From Mobula birostris (taxonomy: Eukaryota), in NCBI RefSeq assembly GCF_030028105.1, contig NC_092376.1, positions 75,626,935-75,690,934 on the forward strand: a stretch of 64,000 nucleotides of DNA, in the 5' to 3' direction. The notes beneath the pieces are model-generated. The model saw only the letters and a list, made by a program, of their open reading frames with translations, made no database searches and had not been told where the DNA came from. Both the position numbers and the translations under genes were made by a program. Numbering within the stretch: position 1 is the stretch's first letter; the number at the start of each line of letters is the position of its first letter. Below are positions 37,477 through 48,936 of the stretch, piece after piece.

Positions 37477-38776
37477 TTAAAGAATTGATAGAGTTAAGCA
37501 AGGGCTACAGAGATGAAGGTCTATAAAATGAATTCAGCATTGCAAGATTAATCCTGCTCTGGGCCACCTATGAGTTTTGGATTTTACATCAAACAGTAAG
37601 TGCTTCCGATTCTACCAAAACCACCCTACCAACTCCTCAATATCTGTGCCTATCTCTGCTTCTCCAAGGCCCTACTCAAAGAGTGGATCATAACTTTCCC
37701 TTCCCAACAAACCCAAAACCCTGTCCCAGCTGAAGAGCCATTTATGAACTCCACAGTGCACGCAAGAGTATGTAACAGGCAAGCAGCAGTGGCAAAAACC
37801 TGCACCTTGACACCAAGTAAGCATTCTACAGCATGCCATTAAAGAGACAAATGAATTTTGCAACCAACTATTGATACAATTCTGGGCTATATGACATTGA
37901 TGTATGCTGCTGTCCATGTACTAGTACATGGTCAAGTACAGAAGCTTCTCTGGCTATTTCCTCTGACACTGAGGAGTATATATGACAGACACACAGCTGT
38001 AAGTGACCAGTTAAAAAATATGGTGCATATTTTTTCATTCCAGTGTCATTTCTTTTGACCTTAATTACAAACACTAGTTTTTACCTTGAAGAGAGCTGGG
38101 CGGGATGTCAAGAGAATCCATGGTCCTCAGAAATTATTCAAAATAAATTTTAGTTGTTTACTACAAAGACTTTAGGGAGGTAAAATCTACTTTTTATTGA
38201 CTTCAACCCGATTCTAGTTGCTGTGTTACTTAAACACAATGCAATTAACTTTTGTTTTTATTTATGAATAAACTGTAAAAGTGTAGTCAGTTTGCAGGAA
38301 TTATGTAGTCTATTGACTTTTAATTGGCACTTCTGGTAGCACTACACATCAGCAGACACCAGATCTTTGGTGCATAAGATATTTATGTGGGCTTTGAGCA
38401 CTGCCAGCTGAAAATGAGTCATATATTTCTCTTTTAGCAAGGAAATATTGTTTAATTGAACTCCGTTCACTGAGATGCGCTACTTAAAGGTCCTTTCATC
38501 AGTGCCGTACCCATCAGTCTCTCAGCAGTTCACTTTAGAGGGGTAAAGGCAAGAAGGGTTCGATATAGAATAAATCTCTTTCCATAGTTTACCTAATGTG
38601 GGCAGGAAAGATGAAACAGAAGACCACTCTATAGAGGCTGCAAAGTTCCACTGAGGGTGTAGACTGATACTTTCAAATTTATTTCTTTTTTGCTTCTGTG
38701 GTATCCTGATGGTGTAACTGTTTGCAATTAAAGGCAGCAAAATATCTTTGTGCTTTGCCAAGCTATTTACTTCAAC

Positions 38777-39797
38777 ATAGAACATCAAAATCTACAGCAT
38801 ATTACAGGACCTTCGGCACACAATGTTGTGCTGACCACGTAACCTACTCTAGAAACTGCCTAGAATTTCCCTACTGCATAACCCTCTGTTTTTCTAAGCT
38901 CCCTGCACCTATCTAAGAGTCTCTTAAAAGACCCTATTGTATCCACCTCTACCACCATCACTGACAGTGCATTCCATTCACTCACCATTCTCTGTGTGAA
39001 AAACTTACCTCTGACATCCCCCCGTACTTTCTTTCAAGCACCTTAAAACTATGTCCCCTTGTGTTAACTATCTCAGCCCTGGGCAATAGCCTCGGTCTAT
39101 CCACACGATCAATGCCTCTCGTCATCTTATACACCTCTATGAGGTCACCTCTCATCCTCTGTCTCTCCGAGGAGAAAAGACCAAGTTCACTCAACCTATT
39201 CTTATAAGGTACACTCTACAATTCAGGCAACATCCTTGTAAATCTCCTCTGTGCTCTGTCTATAGTATCCACATCCTTCCTGTAGTGAGGTGACTAGAAC
39301 TGAACACAGTACTTCAAGTGGGGACTAACGAAGGTCTTACATAGCTGTAACATTGCCTCACGGCTCTTGAATTCAATCCCATAGTTGATGAATGCCAACA
39401 CGCCGTACACCTTCTTAACAACACTGTCAACCTGTGCAGCAGCTTTGCGTGTCCTGTGGACATGGACCCTAAGGTCTCTCTGATCCTCCACATTGCCAAG
39501 AGTCTTACCATTTATATTACATTCTATCTTCAAATCGGAGCTACCAAAATAAACACCTTCACACTTATCTGGGCTGAACACGAGCTGCCTCTTCTCAGCC
39601 CAGTTCTGCATCCTATCAATGTCGCGCTGTAACCTCTGACAACCCTCTAGACTATCCACAACACCCCCAACTTTTGTGTCATCAGCAAATTTACTAACTC
39701 ACCCTTCTACTTCCTCATCCAGATCATTTGCAAAGAGAAGGAGTCCCAGAACATTTCCCTGCGGAACATCACTGCTCTCTGACCTCCATGCAGAGTA
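38777..39797 (-). mobile_element. CR1 LINE 3' fragment
   Basis: LQRDIDRMQNWAEKRQLVFSPDKC, PHLKYCVQF, RMRGDLIEVYK. Confidence 0.9.
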
Positions 39798-40338
39798 CAG
39801 GTCCTGGAAGAATCATATCTCAACTCTGTTTCAGAGGCTCTCTGAAGGCGCAGACAGCCACGAACCAAAGAAAACCATGGAGCACATTCAAAGAAAAACA
39901 TCAACACCCCCCCATGCAAAAAAAACTGAATACACAGTACCTATAAAAAGTATTCACCCCCCCAACCAGAAGTTTTCATGTTTTATTGTTTTACAGCATT
40001 GAATCACAGTGGATTTAATTTGGCTTTTTTGACACTGATCAACAGAAAAAGACTCTTTCATGTCAATATGAAAACAGATCTCTGCAAGGTGATCTAAATT
40101 AATTACAGATACAAAAAACAAAATAATTGATTACAGAAGTATTCACCAACCCCCCCCCCTTAATATGACTCATCAGATCATCACTGGTGCAGCCAGCTGG
40201 ATTTAGAAGTCACATAATTAGCTAAATGGAGATCTGTGTGCAGTCAAGGTATTCCAATTGACTGTAGTGAAAATACATCTGTATCTGGAAGGTCCAACTG
40301 CTGGTGAGTCAGTATCCTGGCAAAAACTACATCATGAA

Positions 40339-40561
40339 TGTTGTGTATGTGGCCTGGTGACACAACAATGCTATTAATAAAAACGCCGGAGATGGGAGCT
40401 AAGGTTCATAGTTCCTTATTGGCAGAAACCAAACTTGGCACACACATACAGATCAATAAGCACCTAATAACACATGATCAATATGTGCCTACTAGTGCAT
40501 GCAATGACGTGTTACTAAAACATAAAGTAGTCCCTTATTATAACGTAGGCTATATGATACA
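40339..40561 (-). repeat. 3' LTR (223 bp)
   Basis: Direct repeat of 43657-43854 with an extra 25-bp internal unit; adjacent to the PPT. Confidence 0.92.
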
Positions 40562-40574
40562 CTCCTCCCCTTTT
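40562..40574 (-). promoter_or_regulatory. Polypurine tract AAAAGGGGAGGAG
   Basis: Abuts the TG of the 3' LTR on the minus strand. Confidence 0.85.
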
Positions 40575-41132
40575 ATTTTAATAATGTATCAACTGTTTTT
40601 GTTATACTGGGGCACTATGCTAAACAAATATGTTTACCCTTAACATACAAACGTCTACCATTTGTTTACTTAGTAACTTAATAATATCAAATTAGAACAA
40701 AGTAACGTAATAATATCAAATTATAACAAGCCTTCTATTTTACTTTTGGTCTAAGACCCATTTATAACTCAAGTCTCGGGGGGGGGCTTCTGTAGATTGT
40801 CTAGCACTGAAGTAAATAGGTCTTCACTCTATTGTCTGGAATAAATTAAACAAACCACAAATTGGCAGGTTCAAGCCATGATGAGTAATCACCTCCATCT
40901 TGCAAAGATGACAAAAGCAAAGTGAAATCTGTGAAAAAGTGAATGTTATCCTTAAAAATATGTGCAATCATCAAAACTGAGATGGCATTGGAAAGTGTCT
41001 TCGAATAGGGTGCTCTTCATTCTGTCAATAAAGTTGTTTGTTTTAATACACATTTCCATATAAAAGTCATGAGAAGTTGACCTCTGAGCATAGGGAGTTA
41101 AGAAGATGTGTGCCTCCAACTTGTTAAGAGTT

Positions 41133-42065
41133 CTAGGCAGCAGATCGCCTCCGTATAATGAAGACTCCTCTGTGCAGCTGTCCTAGATATACATGCATCT
41201 TTGTGCTATCACTTGTCTTCCTTACCCATATCTCATTTGTTCCATCTGAGCTAATTACACAGCCAATCTTTGTATTCTCCTTAGATTCCAAATAGATAGC
41301 CTGACCTTTATGATACCATCTCTTATTGTAATATGACTTTTTATCTTCTATTCGTGCTTCATATCTTTGTGCTGGTGATTCAGCAGGAGTGCTGGGAAGA
41401 TGATCAGGAGAAGACGGAGATGCTGGTCTTTTCGGAGATTTAAGCTTATTGAACGTTCGCAGATCTTCCATTATCTGTTCATCTGTTAACAAGTAAGTTA
41501 ACCGCACAGGTGCAAGTTTTCGTCTTTTGTCTGTAATTGGAACAGGGTCATTAGATCTCTTCCTTAGTTTCCTAGTCATTATTGGCTTTCCCTCCATAGA
41601 ATCTCCTGTGAGTTCCATTGTTAGCCTCTCATTCTCAATCATCTTTTTCTTTTCTTCTAACTTAATATTTTTATCTTCAAATTCCTTCACTGCTGCCTTC
41701 TTCTCTTTAATATAATTCCTTCCACTTGTTCTGTCTCCAGTTGCAGAAAAAGCTCTGCATTTCATATTCTTTCCTTCTATTGTTGATCTAGTTTCTTCAT
41801 CCTTTTCTGATACTCGTGCAAGGTGCCTTCCTGTAACTGCTGTAGCAGTCTTTTGAGAGATGTCAATTTTTCCTGGTATATCTGCTCTTTTACTTCCAGG
41901 TAGTCTTCATCATCCTGCTTATTGGCAGTATCTGTCTCACTTGCAAACTCTGTATCTTCATCCTTCGCTTCCATGCATACTGCATTCGTCCTCATCGTCG
42001 ACACTGTCTAACTCCTCCTTGTCGTTGTAATAGTCGACAATGGGTGAAAGGAGAGCTGCAGACAT
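41133..42065 (-). pseudogene. SUDS3: Intronless retrocopy of SUDS3 (Sin3-HDAC corepressor subunit SDS3)
   Basis: Whole CDS from MSAALLSP..YY..EELDS to [28 protein letters not shown], matching vertebrate SDS3 ([49 protein letters not shown]); frameshifts ~41960 and ~41720, stops ~41777 and ~41762, ~9-codon deletion ~41660. Confidence 0.93.
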
Positions 42066-42084
42066 CTTCCCCACCAAGCTGACC

Positions 42085-43346
42085 TCCTTTGTTGACACAA
42101 TTAGTGCCTTGATGGTGTGCCAATCCATCTGGATTTTCCTGAGCCATCCACATCCCAGCAACAGTGGTCCTCCATTTTTCAGTACATAAAGGTTCAGCTG
42201 CTGTGTTTTGTCTCCGTAGGTCACTGTCACTTTAATTTTACCTTTGGGATGCACTTTCTGTCCTGTGTAAGTCTTTAGCAGCAGCTTAGTTCATTTCAAA
42301 GGTATGTGAGAAAATAATCATTTGTAGTCATGTACAGAGATCACCGTTAAAGCTGAGCCTGTGTCCAACTCCATTTTCAGTCTCACGCCTGCCACTTGTG
42401 GAGTGATCCTTACTACTCTTCAGTCATCTGTCTCTTTCACGCTGTGAAGTTGCAGACAAGACAATTCACTTTTGTCTGAGTCATTTTCATCAGAGCTGTT
42501 TTCTTCCACTTTGTGTACATTGTTGTATTTTCCTTTCTGTGGTTTCTTGTTCCTCTGTATTTTGTCCTTTTTCTGCTGTTTACTAGCTTTGCATACTCTG
42601 CCAGTGTGGCCCTGTTTGTCACAGTTTCTGCATTCTTTGTCTTTAAACCAACAGTCATCGGGGTCATGCGACATGTTCCCACAACGGTAACATTTCTTTC
42701 CTTCATTTATGTTCAGTAACATTTTATTTGTAGCATATTCCAGAGATTTTTGTTGTATCTCTGAAGCACCCCATGCTGCTGTTTTCGTTGATAATGCAAT
42801 GTTCAGCACCTTCTCTAATGTAAGGTCTTTTTCACCCAGGAGCTTCTTCTGTGTGGTTTCACAGTGCATGCCACACACTAACCTGTTCCTCAATGCATCC
42901 AATAGACCAGCTCCAAATTGACAATATTCTGATAATTTGCGCAATTCAGTACAATATTCAGAAATACTGTCATTTTTGCTCTGATTCCTTTTGTGAAATT
43001 TAAATCTTTCAACAATGACCAGTGATCTGGGGTTTAAATGCTTTTGGAGGGTGTCTACTATTTGCTTGAACATTTTGTCAGCTGGCTTTTCAGGGGTTAA
43101 CAAGCTCCGTAGCAGGCCATATGTTTTTGTTCCTATAATACTGAGTAAGACACTGGCTATCTTTGCATCCTTAACACTGTTAGCCTCACAATATAACTCC
43201 ACTTTTTCAATGTAAGTTGCCCAGTCTTCAATGCCACCATCAAATGCTGTAATGGTTCCAAACATCACCATCTTTGTTATGTTAATTAAGTCCCGATCTC
43301 CCCTTATTTTCCTTTTTGACTCATGTGTCCTTTTTGCTAGCACCAC
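42085..43346 (-). pseudogene. gag-protease of the Gypsy element
   Basis: Gag EDWATYIEKVELYCEAN...ERFKFHKRNQ, zinc knuckles CYRCGNMSHDPDDC and CRNCDKQGHTGRVC; the same frame continues through MELDTGSALTVIS (~42374-42336) and GPLLLGCGWLRKIQMDW; only three in-frame TGA stops (42420, ~42318, ~42291). Confidence 0.9.
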
Positions 43347-43642
43347 TAGCGCACTCCATCTAGATGCGTGTGTGTCGCTCCTTTCTATCTCCCTTCGGGG
43401 GCAGGCAGACCCTCAGCCCCTGGGGGTCAGCGCCGGCTGTGGTCTCGCCTGGACGTGCTGAGGCTCCGATTGTGTCGCTTGGTCTTCTGACATTCCCAAC
43501 CCCAGCTGTGCTCCCGCTTCCTTTCAGACTCACGGCTTCGCTCTGCCTCATTCTCCCACTCCTTGGCTCATTCCTTGCACTCTTCTTCTGAGTGCCGTTA
43601 TCAATTAAAACACTGCTTTCCGATACAATGTAGGTTCATTAA

Positions 43643-43653
43643 CCTCGTCGCCA
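43643..43653 (-). promoter_or_regulatory. Primer binding site TGGCGACGAGG (tRNA-Ser GCU 3' end complement)
   Basis: 3 nt from the 5' LTR; complementary to ...CCUCGUCGCCA. Confidence 0.85.
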
Positions 43654-43656
43654 ATT

Positions 43657-43854
43657 TGTTATGTATGTGGCCTGGATACACAGCAATACTATTAGTAAAA
43701 ACACTGGAGACAGGAGCTAAGGTTCATGGTTCTTTACTGGCAGAAACCGAACTCAGCACACACGTACAGATCAATCCGCGCCTAATAGTGCATGCAACGA
43801 CGTGTTACTAAAACATAAAGTAGTCCCTTATTATAAAGTAGGCTATACAGTGCA
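43657..43854 (-). repeat. 5' LTR (198 bp)
   Basis: Direct repeat of 40339-40561, adjacent to the PBS. Confidence 0.92.
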
Positions 43855-44844
43855 ATGAAGACAAAAGAATTCTCCAAGCAACTCCACAAAAAGTTTCATG
43901 GAAAGTGCAAGTCAAGAGATGGATACAAGAAAATTTCATGTCATTGAATGTCCCTTGGAGTACAGTTAAGTCAATCATCAGGAAATGGAAAGAATATCGC
44001 ACAGCTTAAATCTGCCTAGAGCAGGTCGTCTTCAAAAACTGAGTGACTGTGCAAGAAGGTAAGTAGTGAAGGAGGCCACTAAGAGACCTACGACAAATTT
44101 GGAGGAATTACAAGCTTCAGTGGCTGAGATGGGAGAGACTGCGCGTACAACAACTGTTGCCCAGGTTCTTCATCAGTCACAGCTTTATGGGAGAGTGGCA
44201 AAGAGGAAGCCACTGTTGAAAAAAAAACTCACATGAAATCTCAGGTAAAGTTTGACAGAAGGCATGTGGGAGACTCTGAAGTCAGCTGGAAGAAGGTTCT
44301 AAAGTCTGATGAAACCAAAATTAACTTTTTAAAACCAAACACCACACATAATGAAAAACACACCATCCCTACCGTGAAATACGGTGGTGGCCGCATCATG
44401 CGGTAGGGATGCTTCACTGCAGCAGGCCCTGAAAGACGTGTAAAGTTAGAGCGTAAAATGAACGCAGCAAAATATAGGGAAATCCTGGAGCAAAACCCAA
44501 TGCCATCTGAAAGAGAATTGCAACTTGGGAGAAGATTTGTTTTCCAGCAAAACAATGACCCCAAGCATAAAGCCCAAGCTACACAGGAATGGCTGAAAAA
44601 CAAGAAAGATAATGTCCTGGATTGGCCAAGTCAGAGTCCAGACCTCCATCCAATTGAGAATTTGTGGCTGAACTTGAAAAATGCTGTTCACTCTTGATCC
44701 CCATGCAATATGACAGAGCTTAAGCAATTTTGTAAAGAAAACTGAGGAAAGATTGCAGTGTCCAGATGTGCAAAGCTGATAGAGAACAATCCACACAGAC
44801 TCAAGGTTGTAATTGCTGCCAAAGGTGTATCTACTAAATACTGA
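43855..44844 (+). pseudogene. Tc1 transposase pseudogene
   Basis: MKTKE..KQL start; SDETK, FQQNNDPKH (catalytic D mutated to N) and WPSQSPDLHPIENLW with 34-residue spacing; ends KGVSTKY* at 44842-44844; stops, frameshifts and an internal deletion. Confidence 0.9.
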
Positions 44845-46469
44845 CTTGAAGAGGGTGAATGCTTATGCAAACAAATATTTTGTGTTTTATATTTGTAATT
44901 AATTTAGATCACTTTGTAGAGATCTGTTTTCACTTTGACATGAAACAGTCTTTTTCTGTTGATCAGTGTCAAAAACAAACAAATTAAATCCACTGTGATT
45001 CTATGTTGTCAAACAATAAAATATGAAAACTTCCAAGAGGGTGAATACTTTTTATAGGCACTGTAAAACACAAAATTGAAAGAGTCCAGGCATATTCAGT
45101 TCAGCTCAGTGTTCATTATCTGCTGTCCACCCCGGTCCAAAGTTGCCAAAAAAGAAGCCACAAGAAACCAGGAACACATCATAACGTGAACTAAAGTCCA
45201 ATCCACAAACCGCACAGACTAAACCATGCCCAAGACCCATGCTCTGACAATCTTCCTTGGCACTTTAATTGACGAGATCAGCAAGAAGTGGAATCAATCA
45301 TGAGCTCATGCCCCTTCCTCAGGCTTCTTGGCCTTGAAGCCACATGCCTCATGGAACACTCTCAGAGCCTGCAAAGTGCCAGGTCACAGAATCAGCCTGA
45401 CAAAGCACTACCAAAGTGTAGATCACAGGCTCCAGCAGTAGCAGAACCACATTTGAAAGAAAAAGGTGTAAAAGAAGTGAAAGTAGTTTCAAGAACCATC
45501 TGGAGGATGTCACCCTTGACTGTCTTATTTGCTGCCGCCATCTTCTTCAATCTTGGGGTTAGATCTGAAGAAGAGGGATGGAGTGACACTACCTCTCTTT
45601 CCCAACTTCCATGTGAATGAGGAGCCACACATATATCCTTCCTAGGAGTGCTGAGGCTTAGTGCAAATGCCCATTAAGCACAGGAGTCAAGTAGCCAGTA
45701 AGTTTAGGAATGAGTTAATTAGGAAAAGGATCTGTGCTCTAAGTATGTAGAAACATCACCGTAAGCTCAAATTCACTTAGACTTCTAACAAGACCTGTGA
45801 GTTAATCTTGAAACAGTATGAACAGACAAGGGTTAATCACCTAACAAATGTTTACCTCTATTCAGAATTGATCCAATTTCTGAGCACGTAATGCATAAAA
45901 ATGGATTTTAAAATCTGTTAGTTTGCAACAAGTTCCTGAATATGCATCCCATCCTCTGTGACTTGCGAGATTTACAATTGCCATGGTAATAATGCATTAA
46001 TGTGTTTCTGCACTGTATAGAAACTTTAGATACAGCTCTAGTCTGTGGCGTGACTTTGAGTGTTCATTTGCAGATTCTAGGGTAATTTCATTAAATCCGA
46101 TAAATTCCATTCCTATGATACTTTCTAGTGGATTTTATATTTTTTGCATACCTACTTGTCTCTTCTGTCCACTAAATTTACTATTTTTCATTTTTACAAT
46201 TTCACAACTTCATCCTCCAAAACCTTCATAGAAAACACCTCCATAATGGATGGGGCTATTTATTCCCCACTAATTATTAACATTTATTTTCCTATAACCA
46301 TCCATTCTTTTGGTTTTGCCACTGTTCTTACATCCGTCTCATGAATGGATACCAAAAGCAACAGTGATCTCTGTGAAGTTCTCCTTTCTAATGGTATTCA
46401 CCTTTTAATCTCACTTTTTGGCTCTCCTCTCTGGAAGCACCCCTTGCACTTTCATGCTTTTCTATCTTG

Positions 46470-46592
46470 TAGGGTCTCGGCCCAAAACGTCGACTGTACC
46501 TCTTCCTATAGATGCTGCCTGGCCTGCTGCATTCACCAGCATTTTTTGTGTGCGTTGCTTGAATTTCCAGCATCTGCAGATTTCCTTGTGCT
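46470..46592 (+). mobile_element. Penelope-like terminal repeat fragment
   Basis: agggtctcggcccaaaacgtcgactg...gatgctgcctggcctgctg...cagcatctgcagatttcc. Confidence 0.65.
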
Positions 46593-48175
46593 TGCGAAAA
46601 TAATTTTCTAATATTTTTGCAAGGTTGGAATCACAGCATAGAAATATCATGACATTTGATTTTGTTGTTAATCAGTTTGATGAAATCTATAATGAACTAA
46701 TTTGTTTCTCAAGAGCAATTTACCCCAGGAAAGCCTTCAAAAGAAAAAAAAAGCAGAAAACATTTGTATAAAAGTCTAGAGTTTGCATGTGGAAAGTGTG
46801 TGTTTGTTAAAACAGGGGTAAAATAAGTAGATTGGCCGATCAACATTTCCCTGTTGTGAGTGAGAAAGTCATCCTCTTGCTCATACGTCCAAAATCTTGT
46901 TTATAACAATTCATTGACTTGTTCCTCAACAGCAGTGTTCTCCCAAAAATTTATCTAAATATCTGTAGTTTCCATAAAATCTTAGTGAGCTGGTTTCACT
47001 CCTCTCTCATTACTGGTATGCACGTACCTACTGTATACTGTATAGAGACATGTTTATTAAACTCACTTTTTCTCTATTTTTAATTATATCATTAAATTTC
47101 TGGTCACTTAGACCAGCCAGTATCCACTGCAATCATAGGTTTATTAATAACCTTGGAAAAGCTTGTTCAAGTAACATAACTGTTTTTTTAACAATGTTTA
47201 TTACTAATGTGAAACTCGGTGTAGTTTTTCTCCATAATATCTTCCATGTTTTATTCTCTCCTCATTTATCATAAACTGATGAGTCATGCCTCATTTTTGT
47301 GACTTAGTTAAAAGAATGTTTCTTCAAAAAAGAATCTGAAACAGAATAGGTTACACAGTAGTAGATTTGTCCCAACTCATAAAAGGAAATACAGAAACAT
47401 GGATTAACCTCATTTGTTTAGCAATTTTCCCTCAGTATTTTGATTGCTTATGAAGCATGATAGGGACATAAGTTCACCTTGAGTGTAGTGCATATTGGGC
47501 AGACATTTCATAATTTTTAATTTGATACATCTTCCCTAGTTGTTTAAAATCTACATCCAGTGATTTCTAGAAGTGCAGACAGAAGCAATGATTTATCAGT
47601 ATAATGAGGTTTATTGACATGAAACTAAGAGGATCCATAACTTTGGTTAATATGTGGCTTTACTGTTAAAATGCTGCTCATTATATATTTCTTTTTAGCA
47701 AATTTTGAAATGATGCTCAAAATATCCAAGGTAAAGTGGGGATTTATTCAAATCCATTTATTACTACATTTCTGAAGTAGAAATAGAGAATGCTAGAAAT
47801 ACTCAGTAGATCAGCCAGTGTCTGTGGAGAGAGCCAGAGAATTTTCTTCTAATGCTGCCAGACCTGTTGAGTATTTCTAGCATCCTGTGTTTTTATTTCA
47901 GATTTTCAGCATCTGAATTATTTTGCATTTTATTTGCCGAAAATCAATTGTGTTGCCTCTCTTCAACGTAAGCAACTGACTTGCAGTCTTTCTGCGATGC
48001 AGAAAAGCCATGGGGATGCAAATTCTAGCTGGTTATAATAGAGTGGTGAGCTGAGTTATACTGATAATCAAGTTTCATTTCTTACTGTAGAAGATATAGA
48101 TCAGAACGTTGGACCAGCACTTTCTGTACTTGTTTGTTTGTACACTGAAGATCATAAAAGGTAGAGTGGTGATAA

Positions 48176-48223
48176 GGGAGAGAGAGAGGGAGAGAGAGGG
48201 GGGACAGGGAGAGGGAGAGGGAG
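48176..48223. repeat. (GA)n-rich microsatellite
   Basis: Directly visible. Confidence 0.8.
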
Positions 48224-48321
48224 ACTTACAGGTTAGTACATTAATTGAACACATAGGCATAATTGGGCAATGGGGCCTTATTGGGCTGGAAGGGTCTGTT
48301 ACCGTGCTGTATCTACGAAAA

Positions 48322-48936
48322 TAAATAGGCCATGCACAATCCTGATTTGATGGAGACAGACGTGAGAAGCACGGAAGAACATTTGGAGAAACTTCTGAAA
48401 TGTCTGCTTCGCTGCTGCTGCTACTGTGCGATGGAGAATCTCTGGAGGGGAAGGCCCCAAATCCTCGGCTTTCTCTATTGCCTGTTGCCGGGGCAGGGTC
48501 GAAGCGCTTGGCAGAGATGGTGGTCGGTGGTCGGTGCTCGATGTCGGAGGGCTGGTCGGAGGCTCGAAATTTTTGGACGGACTCGGAGTCGGACTGTGGT
48601 CAGGTGCTTCCAGGATGCTGCATCAGCAAGTTTGCGATGCTGGAAGCTCATGGCAGGGAGAGTTTCTCCCTTCAACTGTCTGTGTGAGATGATGGGACTT
48701 TGGAGAGACTTTGAGACTGTTTTTTAACCGTGCCTATGGTCTGTTCTTTATCAAATTACGGTATTGCTTTGCGCTGTTGTAACTATATGTTATAATTATG
48801 TGGTCTTTGTCAGTTTTTTTAGTGTTGGTTTGTCTTGTGTTTCTGTGATATCATTCTGGAGGAACAAATTGTATCATTTCTTAATGCATGCATTACTAAA
48901 TGACAATAAAAGAGGACTACGTGTCCCCATAATCTA
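48322..48936 (+). mobile_element. Non-autonomous short retroelement, same family as 10520-11200
   Basis: Reverse-complement match to 10535-11145. Confidence 0.7.

Larger units (their letters stand above)
40339..43854 (-). mobile_element. Ty3/Gypsy (Mag/K02A2.6-like) LTR retrotransposon carrying a captured SUDS3 cDNA in place of RT-RH-IN
   Basis: LTRs 43657-43854 and 40339-40561 (TG...CA), PBS, PPT, TSD ATGAA (40334-40338, 43855-43859), gag plus protease, SUDS3 CDS inside. Confidence 0.93.
39935..45063 (+). mobile_element. Tc1-family DNA transposon (IR/DR type, DD34E), interrupted by LTR element
   Basis: ~210-bp TIRs CAGTACCTATAAAAAGTATTCACC (39935-~40147) and GGTGAATACTTTTTATAGGCACTG (~44852-45063) with inner AAGTATTCACC direct repeats; TA after the right end (left site reads CA). 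Confidence 0.92.
39850..45545 (-). mobile_element. Non-autonomous repeat split by the Tc1 insertion
   Basis: 39850-39934 and 45064-45545 rejoin to match 20470-20810; 5' end aagatggcggcagc at ~45545. Confidence 0.6.

Noticed and set aside
40679-40730. Short tandem repeat (taataatatcaaatta.aacaa) x2 as a CRISPR-like or regulatory array
   Set aside because: Only two units within an AT-rich LTR-element 3'UTR; eukaryotic context
41133-41765. 210-aa ORF as the functional SUDS3 gene
   Set aside because: Intronless, with upstream frameshifts and stops, an out-of-frame N-terminus and an internal deletion; it is a retrocopy inside an LTR element
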